Source: Actinomycetota bacterium
GTDB taxonomy: Bacteria > Actinomycetota > UBA4738
Reading direction: 5' to 3'
Length of the DNA stretch: 64,000 nucleotides
Assembly (NCBI GenBank): GCA_035573915.1
Contig: DATLZQ010000052.1
Coordinates: forward strand, 8,614-72,613
Made by a program: the position numbers and the translations under genes
Notes under the pieces: model-generated
Databases searched by the model: none
What the model was told of the DNA's origin: nothing
The model's input: the letters and a program-made list of their open reading frames with translations, nothing else
Shown here: piece by piece, positions 19,438 through 28,094 of the stretch
Numbering within the stretch: position 1 is the stretch's first letter
Layout of the letters: each line of letters starts with the position of its first letter

Positions 19438-20358
19438 CTACTCCGGCCGGGCGAACTCGGCCGTGGCCACCAGGAGAAAGAGGAGCCCGAACCCCGCCAC
19501 GAGGAGCAGCTCCACCCCTACCGGCACCGTCCACCCGCCCCAGGTGACCCCACCGGAGAGGACCTCCCGCACCCCGGCGGGCACCTCGAGGGCGCCGAAC
19601 ACCGCCCGGCGCATGGGGTCCACCACGTAGGTGAGCGGGTCGACCCGCGTGAGCACGGTGAGCCACGTGGGCAGGTCGGAGAGCGGGTACAGGGCGCCGG
19701 AGAGGAAGAACATGGGCATGAGGAACATCTGGGTGAGGGCGAAGAAGGTCTGGATGTTGCGCATCCGGGCCGCCAGCATCACCCCGAACGCGGTGAGGGT
19801 GAACGAGAGCAGCAGGAGCTCGCCCGCCAGGGTGAGGAGCAGGGTCGGGCGGTAGGGGACGTCCACCAGGCCGGTCAGGCACAGCACCACCAGGCCCTGG
19901 AACGTGGCCACGGTGGCGCCGCCCAGGCACTTGCCCACCACGACGGTGCCCCGGCGCACGGGGGCCACGAGCATCTCCCGCAGGAAGCCGAACTCCCGGT
20001 CCCAGACGATGGAGCCGGCCGAGAAGATGGCCGTGAACATGGTGGACATGGCCAGGACGCCCGGGAAGAGGAAGGTCCGGAGCGAGAGCCCCCCGGTCCC
20101 CCGGGACACCAGCCTGGACAGCCCCGTCCCCAGCACGAACAGGAACATGAGGGGCTGCAGGAGGGAGGAGAGGATCCGGGGGCGGTCCTCGAAGAAGCGG
20201 ATGAGCTCCCGTCGCCACACCACCTTGAGCCCCCGCAGCTCGTGGGCGGGGACGGCCCGGGCCGGCCGGGCCGGCTCGGGGACCCGACGCTCGAGCGTGG
20301 CCACCGGCCCCGGCTCGCGACCCGCCCGGAGTCCGTTCACCGGTGGCTCCTCCTCCAC
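19438..20358 (-). CDS. ABC-2 type transporter permease
   Basis: Six TM helices, ABC-2 family profile. Overlaps the upstream ATPase 3' end. Confidence 0.75.
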   Translation of the reverse strand: MEEEPPVNGLRAGREPGPVATLERRVPEPARPARAVPAHELRGLKVVWRRELIRFFEDRPRILSSLLQPLMFLFVLGTGLSRLVSRGTGGLSLRTFLFPGVLAMSTMFTAIFSAGSIVWDREFGFLREMLVAPVRRGTVVVGKCLGGATVATFQGLVVLCLTGLVDVPYRPTLLLTLAGELLLLSFTLTAFGVMLAARMRNIQTFFALTQMFLMPMFFLSGALYPLSDLPTWLTVLTRVDPLTYVVDPMRRAVFGALEVPAGVREVLSGGVTWGGWTVPVGVELLLVAGFGLLFLLVATAEFARPE

Positions 20359-21351
20359 ATGGCCACCATGCGCCGCATGGGGTTCTCGGCCTCGGCGTCC
20401 CGGATCGTCCGGCCGGTGTAGGCGAGGAACACGTCGTCCAGGGTGGGGCGGGCCACGGACACCGACCGGATGGGGACGCCCAGCTCGGCGAAGAGCCGGG
20501 GGACGAACCGTTCTCCCTCGGGGACGGAGAACGTGACCGCCCCGTCGTGCACCCCAGCCTCCACCCCGAACCGCTCACGGAGGGTGGCGATGGCCCTGGC
20601 GTCGTCCTCCGTCCGGATCTGGACCCGGTCCCGCCCCACGCTGGCCTTGAGGGCCGCCGGGGTGTCCAGGGCCACGATCCGGCCGTGGTCGATGATGGCG
20701 ATGCGGTCGCACTCCTCCGCCTCGTCCATGTAGTGGGTGGTGAAGAAGACCGTCACGTCCTCCTCGGCGCGGAGCTGCCGGATGTGGGCCCAGATGGAGG
20801 CCCGGGTCTGGGGGTCGAGCCCGATGGTGGGCTCGTCCAGGAACAGCACGTAGGGCGCGTGGAGCAGCCCTCGGGCGATCTCCAGGCGCCGCATCATCCC
20901 TCCGGAGAAGGTCCGCACCCGGCTGCCCCGCCGGTCCCAGAGGTCCACCATCTCCAGCAGCCGCCGGGCCCGGGCCTCGAAGTCCGCCCTGGGCATCCCG
21001 TACAGCTCGGCGTGGAAGCGCAGGTTCTGCCAGGCCGTGAGGTAGCCGTCGAGCGTGGTGTCCTGGAAGACCAGCCCGATGAGCCGCCGCACCCGGTCCC
21101 GCTCCCGGAGCACGTCGTAGCCGCCGACCCGGGCCTCCCCGGCGGTGGGACGGACCAGCGTGCAGAGCGTTGATGGTGGTGGTCTTGCCCGCGCCGTTGG
21201 GGCCCAGGAACCCGAAGGCCTCGCCCCGGCGGACCTCGAAGTCCACCCTGGCCACGGCCTCCACCTCCCCGTACCGCTTGACGAGCCCCCGGACGGCGAC
21301 GGCCGCCTCCTCCCCGGTCACGGTCCCCGCCCCGGCCCGCTCAGCGCCCAC
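20337..21351 (-). pseudogene. ABC transporter ATP-binding protein disrupted by a -1 frameshift just after the Walker A motif
   Basis: Walker [15 protein letters not shown] is in the frame of ORF 20575..21351. The continuation [20 protein letters not shown]... plus Q-loop, [15 protein letters not shown] signature and Walker B LFLDEPT are in the frame of ORF 20337..21113. The frame switch is at about 21155-21170. Confidence 0.55.
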
Positions 21352-21940
21352 CGGGGCCTCCGGCCTCGTCGGCCCCTCGGCCCGCGCCCCCCGCCGGCCC
21401 AGCCTCCGCCAGCAGGCGGTACAGCTCGCGTCGGGCTCGGGCGAGGACCTCGGCGGCCCGCTCCACCTGCTCCGGGGCCGCCGTCCGGACCACCTGCATG
21501 ACCGCGGCGGCCAGCCCGACGCCCTCCTCCCGGACGCGGCGCACGGCCGTCCCGTTCAGGGCTCGGCCCCGGACCTCCCAGGGCCGGGGCTCGCCCTTGC
21601 GCCGCTCCACCTCCGCCCGGCCGGCCTCGGTGAGCTCGAAGACCCGGCGGCCGTCCCGCTCGGCGCTTCGGACCAGGCCCTCGTCCTCGAGCTGCTGGAG
21701 GGTGGGGTAGACCGAGCCCGGGCTGGGCTGCCAGGCCCCCCCGCTGCGGGCGGTCAGCTCCTGGATCACCTGGTAGCCGTGCATGGGCCGCTCGGCGAGG
21801 AGGAAGAGGATGGCCGAGCGGACGTCGCCCCGGGCCGCCCGCGGCCACGGTCCGTGGCCCCAGGGCCCGGGAGGCCCGAAGAAGGGGGGGCGGCCGGGCC
21901 AGCCGGCCCAGCCGTGCCAGGGACCGTGAGCGCCGTGCAT
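21341..21940 (-). CDS. PadR-family transcriptional regulator
   Basis: Winged-HTH PadR core ([19 protein letters not shown]...[15 protein letters not shown]) with a Gly/Pro/Trp-rich N-terminal extension of the kind seen in some actinobacterial PadR proteins. Confidence 0.8.
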   Translation of the reverse strand: MHGAHGPWHGWAGWPGRPPFFGPPGPWGHGPWPRAARGDVRSAILFLLAERPMHGYQVIQELTARSGGAWQPSPGSVYPTLQQLEDEGLVRSAERDGRRVFELTEAGRAEVERRKGEPRPWEVRGRALNGTAVRRVREEGVGLAAAVMQVVRTAAPEQVERAAEVLARARRELYRLLAEAGPAGGAGRGADEAGGPGGR

Positions 21941-21960
21941 GCGCTGGAGCGTACAGGGAC

Positions 21961-21974
21961 GACGATATATCGTC
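21961..21974. promoter_or_regulatory. Perfect 14-bp AT-cored palindrome GACGATATATCGTC in the divergent PadR/Fur intergenic region
   Basis: Lies 21 nt upstream of the PadR start, in a locally AT-rich island within a roughly 72% GC genome. Confidence 0.45.
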
Positions 21975-22005
21975 AACCGATCGGAAACGGCTAGGACCGG
22001 CCGTG

Positions 22006-22031
22006 TTGCACCTGCATTCAGTTGCTACAAT
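22006..22031 (+). promoter_or_regulatory. Candidate promoter for the Fur-family gene (TTGCAC ... TACAAT)
   Basis: TACAAT -10 hexamer at 22026-22031, about 14 nt upstream of the ATG at 22046 (near-leaderless). TTGCAC lies at 22006-22011, though the spacing is short. Confidence 0.3.
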
Positions 22032-22045
22032 ACACGGCGCGCGCC

Positions 22046-22498
22046 ATGGCCACGAGACCGAGGACGACCGCCGCCGAGGACGTCCTGGAGGTGCTGCGCC
22101 GGCGGGGCCTCCGCATGACCCCCCAGCGCCGAGCCATCGTGGCCATGGTGATGGAGACCCCCGGGCACATCTCCCCGCCGGAGCTCGCCAGGAGGGTCCA
22201 GGCGGAGATGCCGGGGGTCAACCCCTCCACCGTCTACAGGACCCTCACGCTCCTCGAGGAGGTCGGCGTCCTCTCCCACGCTCACTTCGAGGGGGGCGCC
22301 GAGTACCACCGAGTGGGGGAGGCCCAGCACGTCCACCTCGCGTGCTCCCGCTGCGGGGCCGAGGACGACCTGTCCCTGGACGAGGCCCAGGCCCTGGCCC
22401 AGCTCATCCAGCGCCACCACGGCTTCCTCCCCGACCTCACCCACTTCGCCATCTCCGGCCTGTGCCGGGACTGCCAGCGGGCGGCGCCGGGCCGCTGA
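22046..22498 (+). CDS. Fur-family transcriptional regulator (Fur/Zur/PerR)
   Basis: Winged helix (RMTPQRRAIV), HAHF...H metal site, and CxxC...CxxC structural Zn motif (CSRCG ... CRDC). Confidence 0.8.
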   Translation: MATRPRTTAAEDVLEVLRRRGLRMTPQRRAIVAMVMETPGHISPPELARRVQAEMPGVNPSTVYRTLTLLEEVGVLSHAHFEGGAEYHRVGEAQHVHLACSRCGAEDDLSLDEAQALAQLIQRHHGFLPDLTHFAISGLCRDCQRAAPGR

Positions 22499-22540
22499 AC
22501 GCACCCAGGCCCCCCACCCCCAGGCGGCCGTCGCCCCCGC

Positions 22541-23650
22541 TCAGGCCCGTCGGAGGAGGACCGGGAGCCGGCGCGGGCCCCAGTCGCCCGGCGGACCCTC
22601 GAACACCCCGGGGATCCGGGTCCCGCAGGAGACGCAGCGCCCGTCGTCCGTCAGGTTCCAGGCCCCCAGCCGGTACCAGTCCCGTTCGACCACCAGGGCC
22701 CCGCACCCGTGGCACCAGGTGCTCTGACCCTCCGGGTCGTGGACGTTGCCCGTGTAGACGTAGCGCAGGCCGTTGGCCATGGCGATCCTCCGGGCCCGGG
22801 TGAGCGTCTCGGGCGGCGTGGGCGGGCGGTCGAGCATCTTGAAGTCCGGGTGGAAGGCGGTGAAGTGGAGGGGCACGTCGGGCCCCAGGTGCTCGGCGAA
22901 CCACCGCGTCTCGGCGTCGATCTCCTGGTCGGAGTCGTTCACCCCGGGGATGAGGAGCGTGGTCACCTCGAACCACACGCCGGTCTCGTGGCGGAGGTAC
23001 TCGAGGGTGTCGAGGATCGGACCGAGCTCCCCGAAGCAGATGCGGTGGTAGAAGTCCTCAGTGAACCCCTTGAGGTCCACGTTGGCCGCGTCCATGTGGG
23101 CGTAGAACTCGGCCCGGGGCTCGGGGCACACGTACCCGGCGGTCACCGCCACGGCCCGGATGCCGCGCTCCCGGCAGGCGTCCGCCACGTCCATGGCGTA
23201 CTCCATGAAGATCACGGGGTCGTTGTAGGTGAAGGCCACGCTGCGGCACCCCAGGGCCTCGGCGGCCCGGGCGATCTCCTCGGGGGAAGCCTCCTGGGCC
23301 AGGGTGTCCACCTCCCGGGACTTGGAGATGTCCCAGTTCTGGCAGAACCGACAGCCAAGGTTGCACCCGGCTGTGCCGAACGACAGCACCGACGTCCCGG
23401 GCAGGAAGTGGTTGAGGGGCTTCTTCTCGATGGGGTCCACGCAGAAGCCGCTGGACCGCCCGTAGGTGGTGAGGACGATCCGATCCCCTGCCCGGGCCCG
23501 CACGAAGCAGAACCCCCGCTGCCCCTCGTGGAGCCGACAGGCCCGGGGGCACACGTCGCACTGGACCCGGCCGTCCTCCAGCCGGTGCCAGTACCGCGTG
23601 GGATACCCGTCCAGGACCTGAGCCGTGGGCTCCCCGGCCACCGGTACCAC
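22541..23650 (-). CDS. AmmeMemoRadiSam-system radical SAM enzyme
   Basis: N-terminal YWHRLEDGRVQCDVCPRAC, radical-SAM CNLGCRFC (CxxxCxxC), and the family's C-terminal region. Confidence 0.75.
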   Translation of the reverse strand: MVPVAGEPTAQVLDGYPTRYWHRLEDGRVQCDVCPRACRLHEGQRGFCFVRARAGDRIVLTTYGRSSGFCVDPIEKKPLNHFLPGTSVLSFGTAGCNLGCRFCQNWDISKSREVDTLAQEASPEEIARAAEALGCRSVAFTYNDPVIFMEYAMDVADACRERGIRAVAVTAGYVCPEPRAEFYAHMDAANVDLKGFTEDFYHRICFGELGPILDTLEYLRHETGVWFEVTTLLIPGVNDSDQEIDAETRWFAEHLGPDVPLHFTAFHPDFKMLDRPPTPPETLTRARRIAMANGLRYVYTGNVHDPEGQSTWCHGCGALVVERDWYRLGAWNLTDDGRCVSCGTRIPGVFEGPPGDWGPRRLPVLLRRA

Positions 23651-23702
23651 CCACGCGTATCGTAGCGCCGCCGGGCGGCCGGGCCCGCCCGTCGTGCCCC
23701 GG

Positions 23703-24326
23703 TCAGCCGCCCTCCTCCTCGTCCGAGACCTGACCGTTGCCCGCGGCCAGCTCCTGGGCCCGGCGCTGGCGGCGCATCACCTCCCGGGCCTGCTCAAGGA
23801 GCTCGGTGAGGCGGCGGACCCGGTCCCGCTCGGAGCGCATCTCCAGGAGCTCCTGCTTCAGGGGGTCGGCGAAGGCCACCCGGCCCCCGATCTCGAAGGC
23901 CAGGCTCTCCGCCGTGAGGTCCACCTCCATGGCCTCGTTCATGGCCTCGACCAGGGCCCGGAAGGCCCGCAGGCACCGGGCCACCTCCTCCCGCGGCGGC
24001 TCGGCGGCCCCCTCCTCGTCCGAGAGCTCCTCCACCTCGGCCGTGAGGAACGACCGGCCCGCGGTGAGCCGGACGATGCGGAACCTGGTCCTCCCCTCCA
24101 CCACGATGTCCATCCGCCCGTCCGGGAGCCGGCGGAGGACCTCGACCACGGCCGCCGTGGTCCCGGCCGTCCGCATCCCCTTGTCGTCGGCCAGGACCAG
24201 GCCGAACTCGCCCCCGGTGGCCAGGCACTCCCCGATGAGCTCCTTGTAGCGCTCCTCGAAGATGTGGAGGGGCACCCGCTCCCCCGGCAGGAGGACCATG
24301 GGCAGGGGGAAGAGGCCGATCTCCAC
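23703..24326 (-). CDS. LON N-terminal (substrate-binding) domain protein
   Basis: 207 aa. LPLFPLPMVLLPGERVPLHIFEERY matches the Lon N-domain / PUA-like fold. No ATPase or protease domains. Confidence 0.7.
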   Translation of the reverse strand: MEIGLFPLPMVLLPGERVPLHIFEERYKELIGECLATGGEFGLVLADDKGMRTAGTTAAVVEVLRRLPDGRMDIVVEGRTRFRIVRLTAGRSFLTAEVEELSDEEGAAEPPREEVARCLRAFRALVEAMNEAMEVDLTAESLAFEIGGRVAFADPLKQELLEMRSERDRVRRLTELLEQAREVMRRQRRAQELAAGNGQVSDEEEGG

Positions 24327-24392
24327 CGCGGCTCCAGCCTAGCCCGTACCGCCCCCCGGCCACCGTCTCCCGGCGGGCCGGCCAGCCCCGGC

Positions 24393-25853
24393 TCAGCCCC
24401 GCGGCGAGGACCGCCCCGCGCGGAGCCGCTCCACGGCCCCCCGGACGATCTCCACGGCCTCCTCCACCCGGTCCCGGTGCGTGCGGTGGCTCAGGATGCA
24501 GACCCGGAGCGTGAGCCGGCCGCCGATCCGGGTGCTGGAGAGGAACACCCGCCTCGAGGCGTTGACCTCCGCCAGCAGCCTGGCGTTGAGCTCGTCGAGC
24601 TCCTCCGGGCCGGCCCCCCCGTCCTCCGGGGCGTAGCGGAAGGCCACGATGCTGAGCTCGGGCTCCCAGGGGACCTCCAGCCCCGGCACCTCCCGGAGCT
24701 CCCGGTACACGTACCGGGCCAGGTCGAGCTTCTCCTCCAGCGCGGCCCGGAACGCTCCCACCCCGTGCAGCCGGAGCGGCAGCCACACCCGGAGCCCCCG
24801 GAAGTCCCGGGAGAGCTCGGGCGAGTGGTCAGCGAAGTTGACCAGCTCGCCCTGGGGGGTCAGGTCCTGGAGGTACTCCGCCTGCACCTGGTGGGCCTCC
24901 CGGAGCCGGACCCCCTCCCGGACGATGAGGCTCCCGGTGCCGTAGGGGAGGAACAGGCCCTTGTGGGGGTCGAGGGTGACCGAGTCGCTGCCCTCGATGC
25001 CCCGGAACAGCCGGCGCCCCCGCTCGGTGAGCTGGAAGAACCCCCCGTAGGCCCCGTCCACGTGCAGCCACAGGCCCTCCTCCCTGGCCACGGCCACCAG
25101 GTCCTCGATGGGGTCCACGGCCCCCGTGTTCACCGTCCCCGCGTTGGCCACCACCAGGAACGGCCGCCGCCCGTCCGCCCGGTCCTTGGCCACCATCTCC
25201 CGCAGGGCGTCCACGTCGACCCGGAGCTCCGGGGTGACCGGGACCCGACGCATGGCCCGGGACGGGAAGCCCGCCAGCATGGCCCCCTTCCACACCGAGG
25301 CGTGGGTCTGCTCCGAGGCGTACAGGGTGCCCTCCTGGAAGTCCTCGGGGAGCAAGGCCCGCCGGGCCGTGACGATGGCCGAGAAGTTGGCCATGGAGCC
25401 CCCCGAGGTGAGGATGCCCAGGCTCCCCTCGGGGTAGCCGAACAGGTCGCACAGCCACCGCACCACGTTGAGCTCGATCTGGGCGAAGGCCGGGGCGGCG
25501 GTCCAGAGGTTCACGAACCGGTTCACCCCCAGGGACAGGAAGTCGGCCAGGGCCGCGGCGAACAGCCCCCCGCCCGGGATGAAGGCCAGGTACCCGGGGC
25601 CGGCCGTGTTGAAGCCCTTGGCCGCGGCGGCCTCGAACTCCCGGAGGAACGCCCCGAAGTCCTGGCCGGTCTCGGGCGGGGCCCCCCGGAGCTCACGGGC
25701 CAGCTCCAGCCCGCCCTCCAGGTCCGAGGCTGGCGCATCCGGCAGGCCCTCCACGAACCGGACGAGGAACTCCAGGGCCTGCCGGCCCATGGACCGCATC
25801 TCCTCGGGGCCCGGCTCCAGCGGGTGGCGCGCCCCGCCCTCCCCGTCTCCCAT
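24393..25853 (-). CDS. PLP-dependent amino-acid decarboxylase (group II, aromatic-L-amino-acid/DABA decarboxylase-like)
   Basis: ATG at 25853 (MGDGEGG...). SGGSMANF and DPHK (PLP-lysine) motifs, fold-type I. Confidence 0.8.
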   Translation of the reverse strand: MGDGEGGARHPLEPGPEEMRSMGRQALEFLVRFVEGLPDAPASDLEGGLELARELRGAPPETGQDFGAFLREFEAAAAKGFNTAGPGYLAFIPGGGLFAAALADFLSLGVNRFVNLWTAAPAFAQIELNVVRWLCDLFGYPEGSLGILTSGGSMANFSAIVTARRALLPEDFQEGTLYASEQTHASVWKGAMLAGFPSRAMRRVPVTPELRVDVDALREMVAKDRADGRRPFLVVANAGTVNTGAVDPIEDLVAVAREEGLWLHVDGAYGGFFQLTERGRRLFRGIEGSDSVTLDPHKGLFLPYGTGSLIVREGVRLREAHQVQAEYLQDLTPQGELVNFADHSPELSRDFRGLRVWLPLRLHGVGAFRAALEEKLDLARYVYRELREVPGLEVPWEPELSIVAFRYAPEDGGAGPEELDELNARLLAEVNASRRVFLSSTRIGGRLTLRVCILSHRTHRDRVEEAVEIVRGAVERLRAGRSSPRG

Positions 25854-25985
25854 GGCCGGACACGCTACAGGACGGAAGGCTGGGCGGGCCGGGCTCCGTG
25901 CTCGCGTCGGGGCCATCGGGGAGAATGGCGGGGCGGGGGGCCGCCGCCGGAGGGAGGGACGCCGCCGAAGGGAGGCAGCCGCACC

Positions 25986-27368
25986 ATGCAGGTCCTGGAG
26001 AGCTTCCTCGACGCCGTGGGCCGGACTCCTCTGGTCCGCCTCCAGCGCATCACCCAGGGGGTCAGGCCCACCATCCTGGCCAAGCTCGAGATGCTCAACC
26101 CGGGCGGCAGCGTGAAGGATCGCATCGGCCTGCGCATGATCGAGGCCGCAGAGCGGGCCGGGCTGCTCCGGCCGGGGGGCACCATCGTCGAGCCCACCTC
26201 GGGCAACACCGGCCACGGGCTGGCCATCGCCGCGGCCATCAAGGGCTACCGGTGCATCTTCGTGATGCCGGACAAGATGAGCCAGGAGAAGGTGGCCCTC
26301 CTCCGGGCCTACGGGGCGGAGGTGGTGATCACCCCCACCGCGGTGCCCCCCGACTCCCCCGAGTCCTACTACCGGGTGGCGGACCGCCTGACCGAGGAGA
26401 TCCCCGGGGCCTTCCAGCCCAACCAGTACTTCAACCCGGAGAACCCCCGTGCCCACTACGAGACCACCGGCCCCGAGATCTGGGAGCAGACCGAGGGCAA
26501 GGTGGACGTCCTGGTGGCCGGGGTGGGGACCGGGGGGACGATCACCGGGGTGGGCCGCTACCTCAAGGAGCGGAACCCGGACGTCATGGTGGTGGGGGCG
26601 GACCCGGAGGGGTCGGTGTTCTCCGCCCCCGAGGAGCCGGCCCGCCCCTACCTCGTGGAGGGGATCGGGGAGGACTTCTGGCCCGAGACCTTCGACCCCT
26701 CCGTGGTAGACCGCTGGGTCCGGGTCTCGGACCGGGACTCGTTCCTCACGGCCCGGGCCATCACTCGCCAGGAGGGGATCCTCGTTGGGGGCTCCTCGGG
26801 GACGGCCATGTTCGCCGCCCTCACCGTGGCCCGGGAGCTGGACCGGGACGCCCTCATGGTCGTGATCTTCCCGGACACGGGGCGGAACTACCTCTCCAAG
26901 CTCTACTCGGACTCCTGGATGCTCCAGTACGGGTTCCTGGAGCGGCCCGAGGTAGTCCGGGTGGAGGAGGTCCTGGCCGCCCGGCGGGCCGACCTCCCCC
27001 CGCTCATCGTCGTCCAGGCCCACGAGAAGGTCCGCCAGGCCGTGGACCGCCTCCAGCAGTACGGCATCTCCCAGGCCCCCGTGGTCCGGGGGGACTCCCA
27101 CGAGGTGAGCGCGTTCGTGGGCTCCGTGCGGGAGGCGCAGCTCCTCGACCGCATCTTCCGAGACTCCGACGCCCTCCAGGCGGACGTGGCCGAGGTCATG
27201 GCCCCGCCGCTCCCCATGGTGGAGTTCGACGAGCCCATGGAGACGGCCTTCGCCGAGCTCCAGGTGGCCCCGGCCGTGGTGGTCACCAAGGAAGGGCAGG
27301 CCCTGGGCGTGCTCACCCGCGCCGACCTCCTCGAGTTCCTGGCCCACCGGGGACGGACCCGGCGCTGA
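25986..27368 (+). CDS. Cystathionine beta-synthase (with tandem CBS domains)
   Basis: PLP fold-type II with lysine motif (GSVKDRIG), TSGNTG, GTGGTITG, plus a C-terminal CBS-domain pair. RBS AAGGGAGG. Confidence 0.88.
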   Translation: MQVLESFLDAVGRTPLVRLQRITQGVRPTILAKLEMLNPGGSVKDRIGLRMIEAAERAGLLRPGGTIVEPTSGNTGHGLAIAAAIKGYRCIFVMPDKMSQEKVALLRAYGAEVVITPTAVPPDSPESYYRVADRLTEEIPGAFQPNQYFNPENPRAHYETTGPEIWEQTEGKVDVLVAGVGTGGTITGVGRYLKERNPDVMVVGADPEGSVFSAPEEPARPYLVEGIGEDFWPETFDPSVVDRWVRVSDRDSFLTARAITRQEGILVGGSSGTAMFAALTVARELDRDALMVVIFPDTGRNYLSKLYSDSWMLQYGFLERPEVVRVEEVLAARRADLPPLIVVQAHEKVRQAVDRLQQYGISQAPVVRGDSHEVSAFVGSVREAQLLDRIFRDSDALQADVAEVMAPPLPMVEFDEPMETAFAELQVAPAVVVTKEGQALGVLTRADLLEFLAHRGRTRR

Positions 27369-27373
27369 CCGCC

Positions 27374-28018
27374 GTGCGGGCCCTGGGCGTCGACGTGGGG
27401 GCGGGCCCCAAGTGGCTGGACGTGGTGGTCCTGGAGGGGGACGGCTGCCCGGTGGCCACGGAGCGGAGGGTCGAGCCCGGCGCGCTCGCGGGGCTCGTCG
27501 AGCGCTGGAGGCCGGACGTGGTGGCCATCGACTCCCCGCCCTCCTGGGCCCGGTCGGGGGGGTCCCGGCGGGCCGAGCGGGACCTGCTGCGCCTCGGGAT
27601 CCACGCCTTCCCCGTGCCGTCCGAGCCTCGGGCCGGGGGGCGCTTCTTCGAATGGATGGGGGTGGGGTTTCTCGCCTTCGAGGCGGCGGCCCGGGCGGGC
27701 TACCCCCGCTACCGGTGGGGGCCGGTGCGGGGGACCGCCGTCGAGGTCTTCCCCCACGCGTCCGCCGTGGCCCTGGCCGGGCAGCTCCCCCCGCGGGGCG
27801 CCCACCTCCGGCGGTGGCGGGCCGCCGTCCTCGAGCGGAGCGGGGTAGCCGTGGACGGCCTGGCCTCCGCGGACCAGGTGGACGCGGCCCTGGCGGCGCT
27901 CACGGGGATCCGAGCCCTGCAGGGGCGGTTCACGCCAGTGGGCGAGCCCGAGGAGGGCGTGGTGGTCCTGCCCGAAGCCCCGCTGGCGGGCCCCTTCCGC
28001 CGTCCGGCCGTGGGATAG
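27374..28018 (+). CDS. DUF429-domain protein (predicted RNase H-like fold)
   Basis: ALGVDVGAG...VAIDSP pattern of DUF429. GTG start chosen just after the CBS stop; the upstream part of listed ORF 25898..28018 is run-on. Confidence 0.55.
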   Translation: MRALGVDVGAGPKWLDVVVLEGDGCPVATERRVEPGALAGLVERWRPDVVAIDSPPSWARSGGSRRAERDLLRLGIHAFPVPSEPRAGGRFFEWMGVGFLAFEAAARAGYPRYRWGPVRGTAVEVFPHASAVALAGQLPPRGAHLRRWRAAVLERSGVAVDGLASADQVDAALAALTGIRALQGRFTPVGEPEEGVVVLPEAPLAGPFRRPAVG

Positions 28019-28094
28019 GGTTGAACCGTCCGTGGGCCAGGCCTGGCCGCCCGGCGGCCAGGCCGCCCCCAGGCTTGGAGCGAGGTGAGCGACC

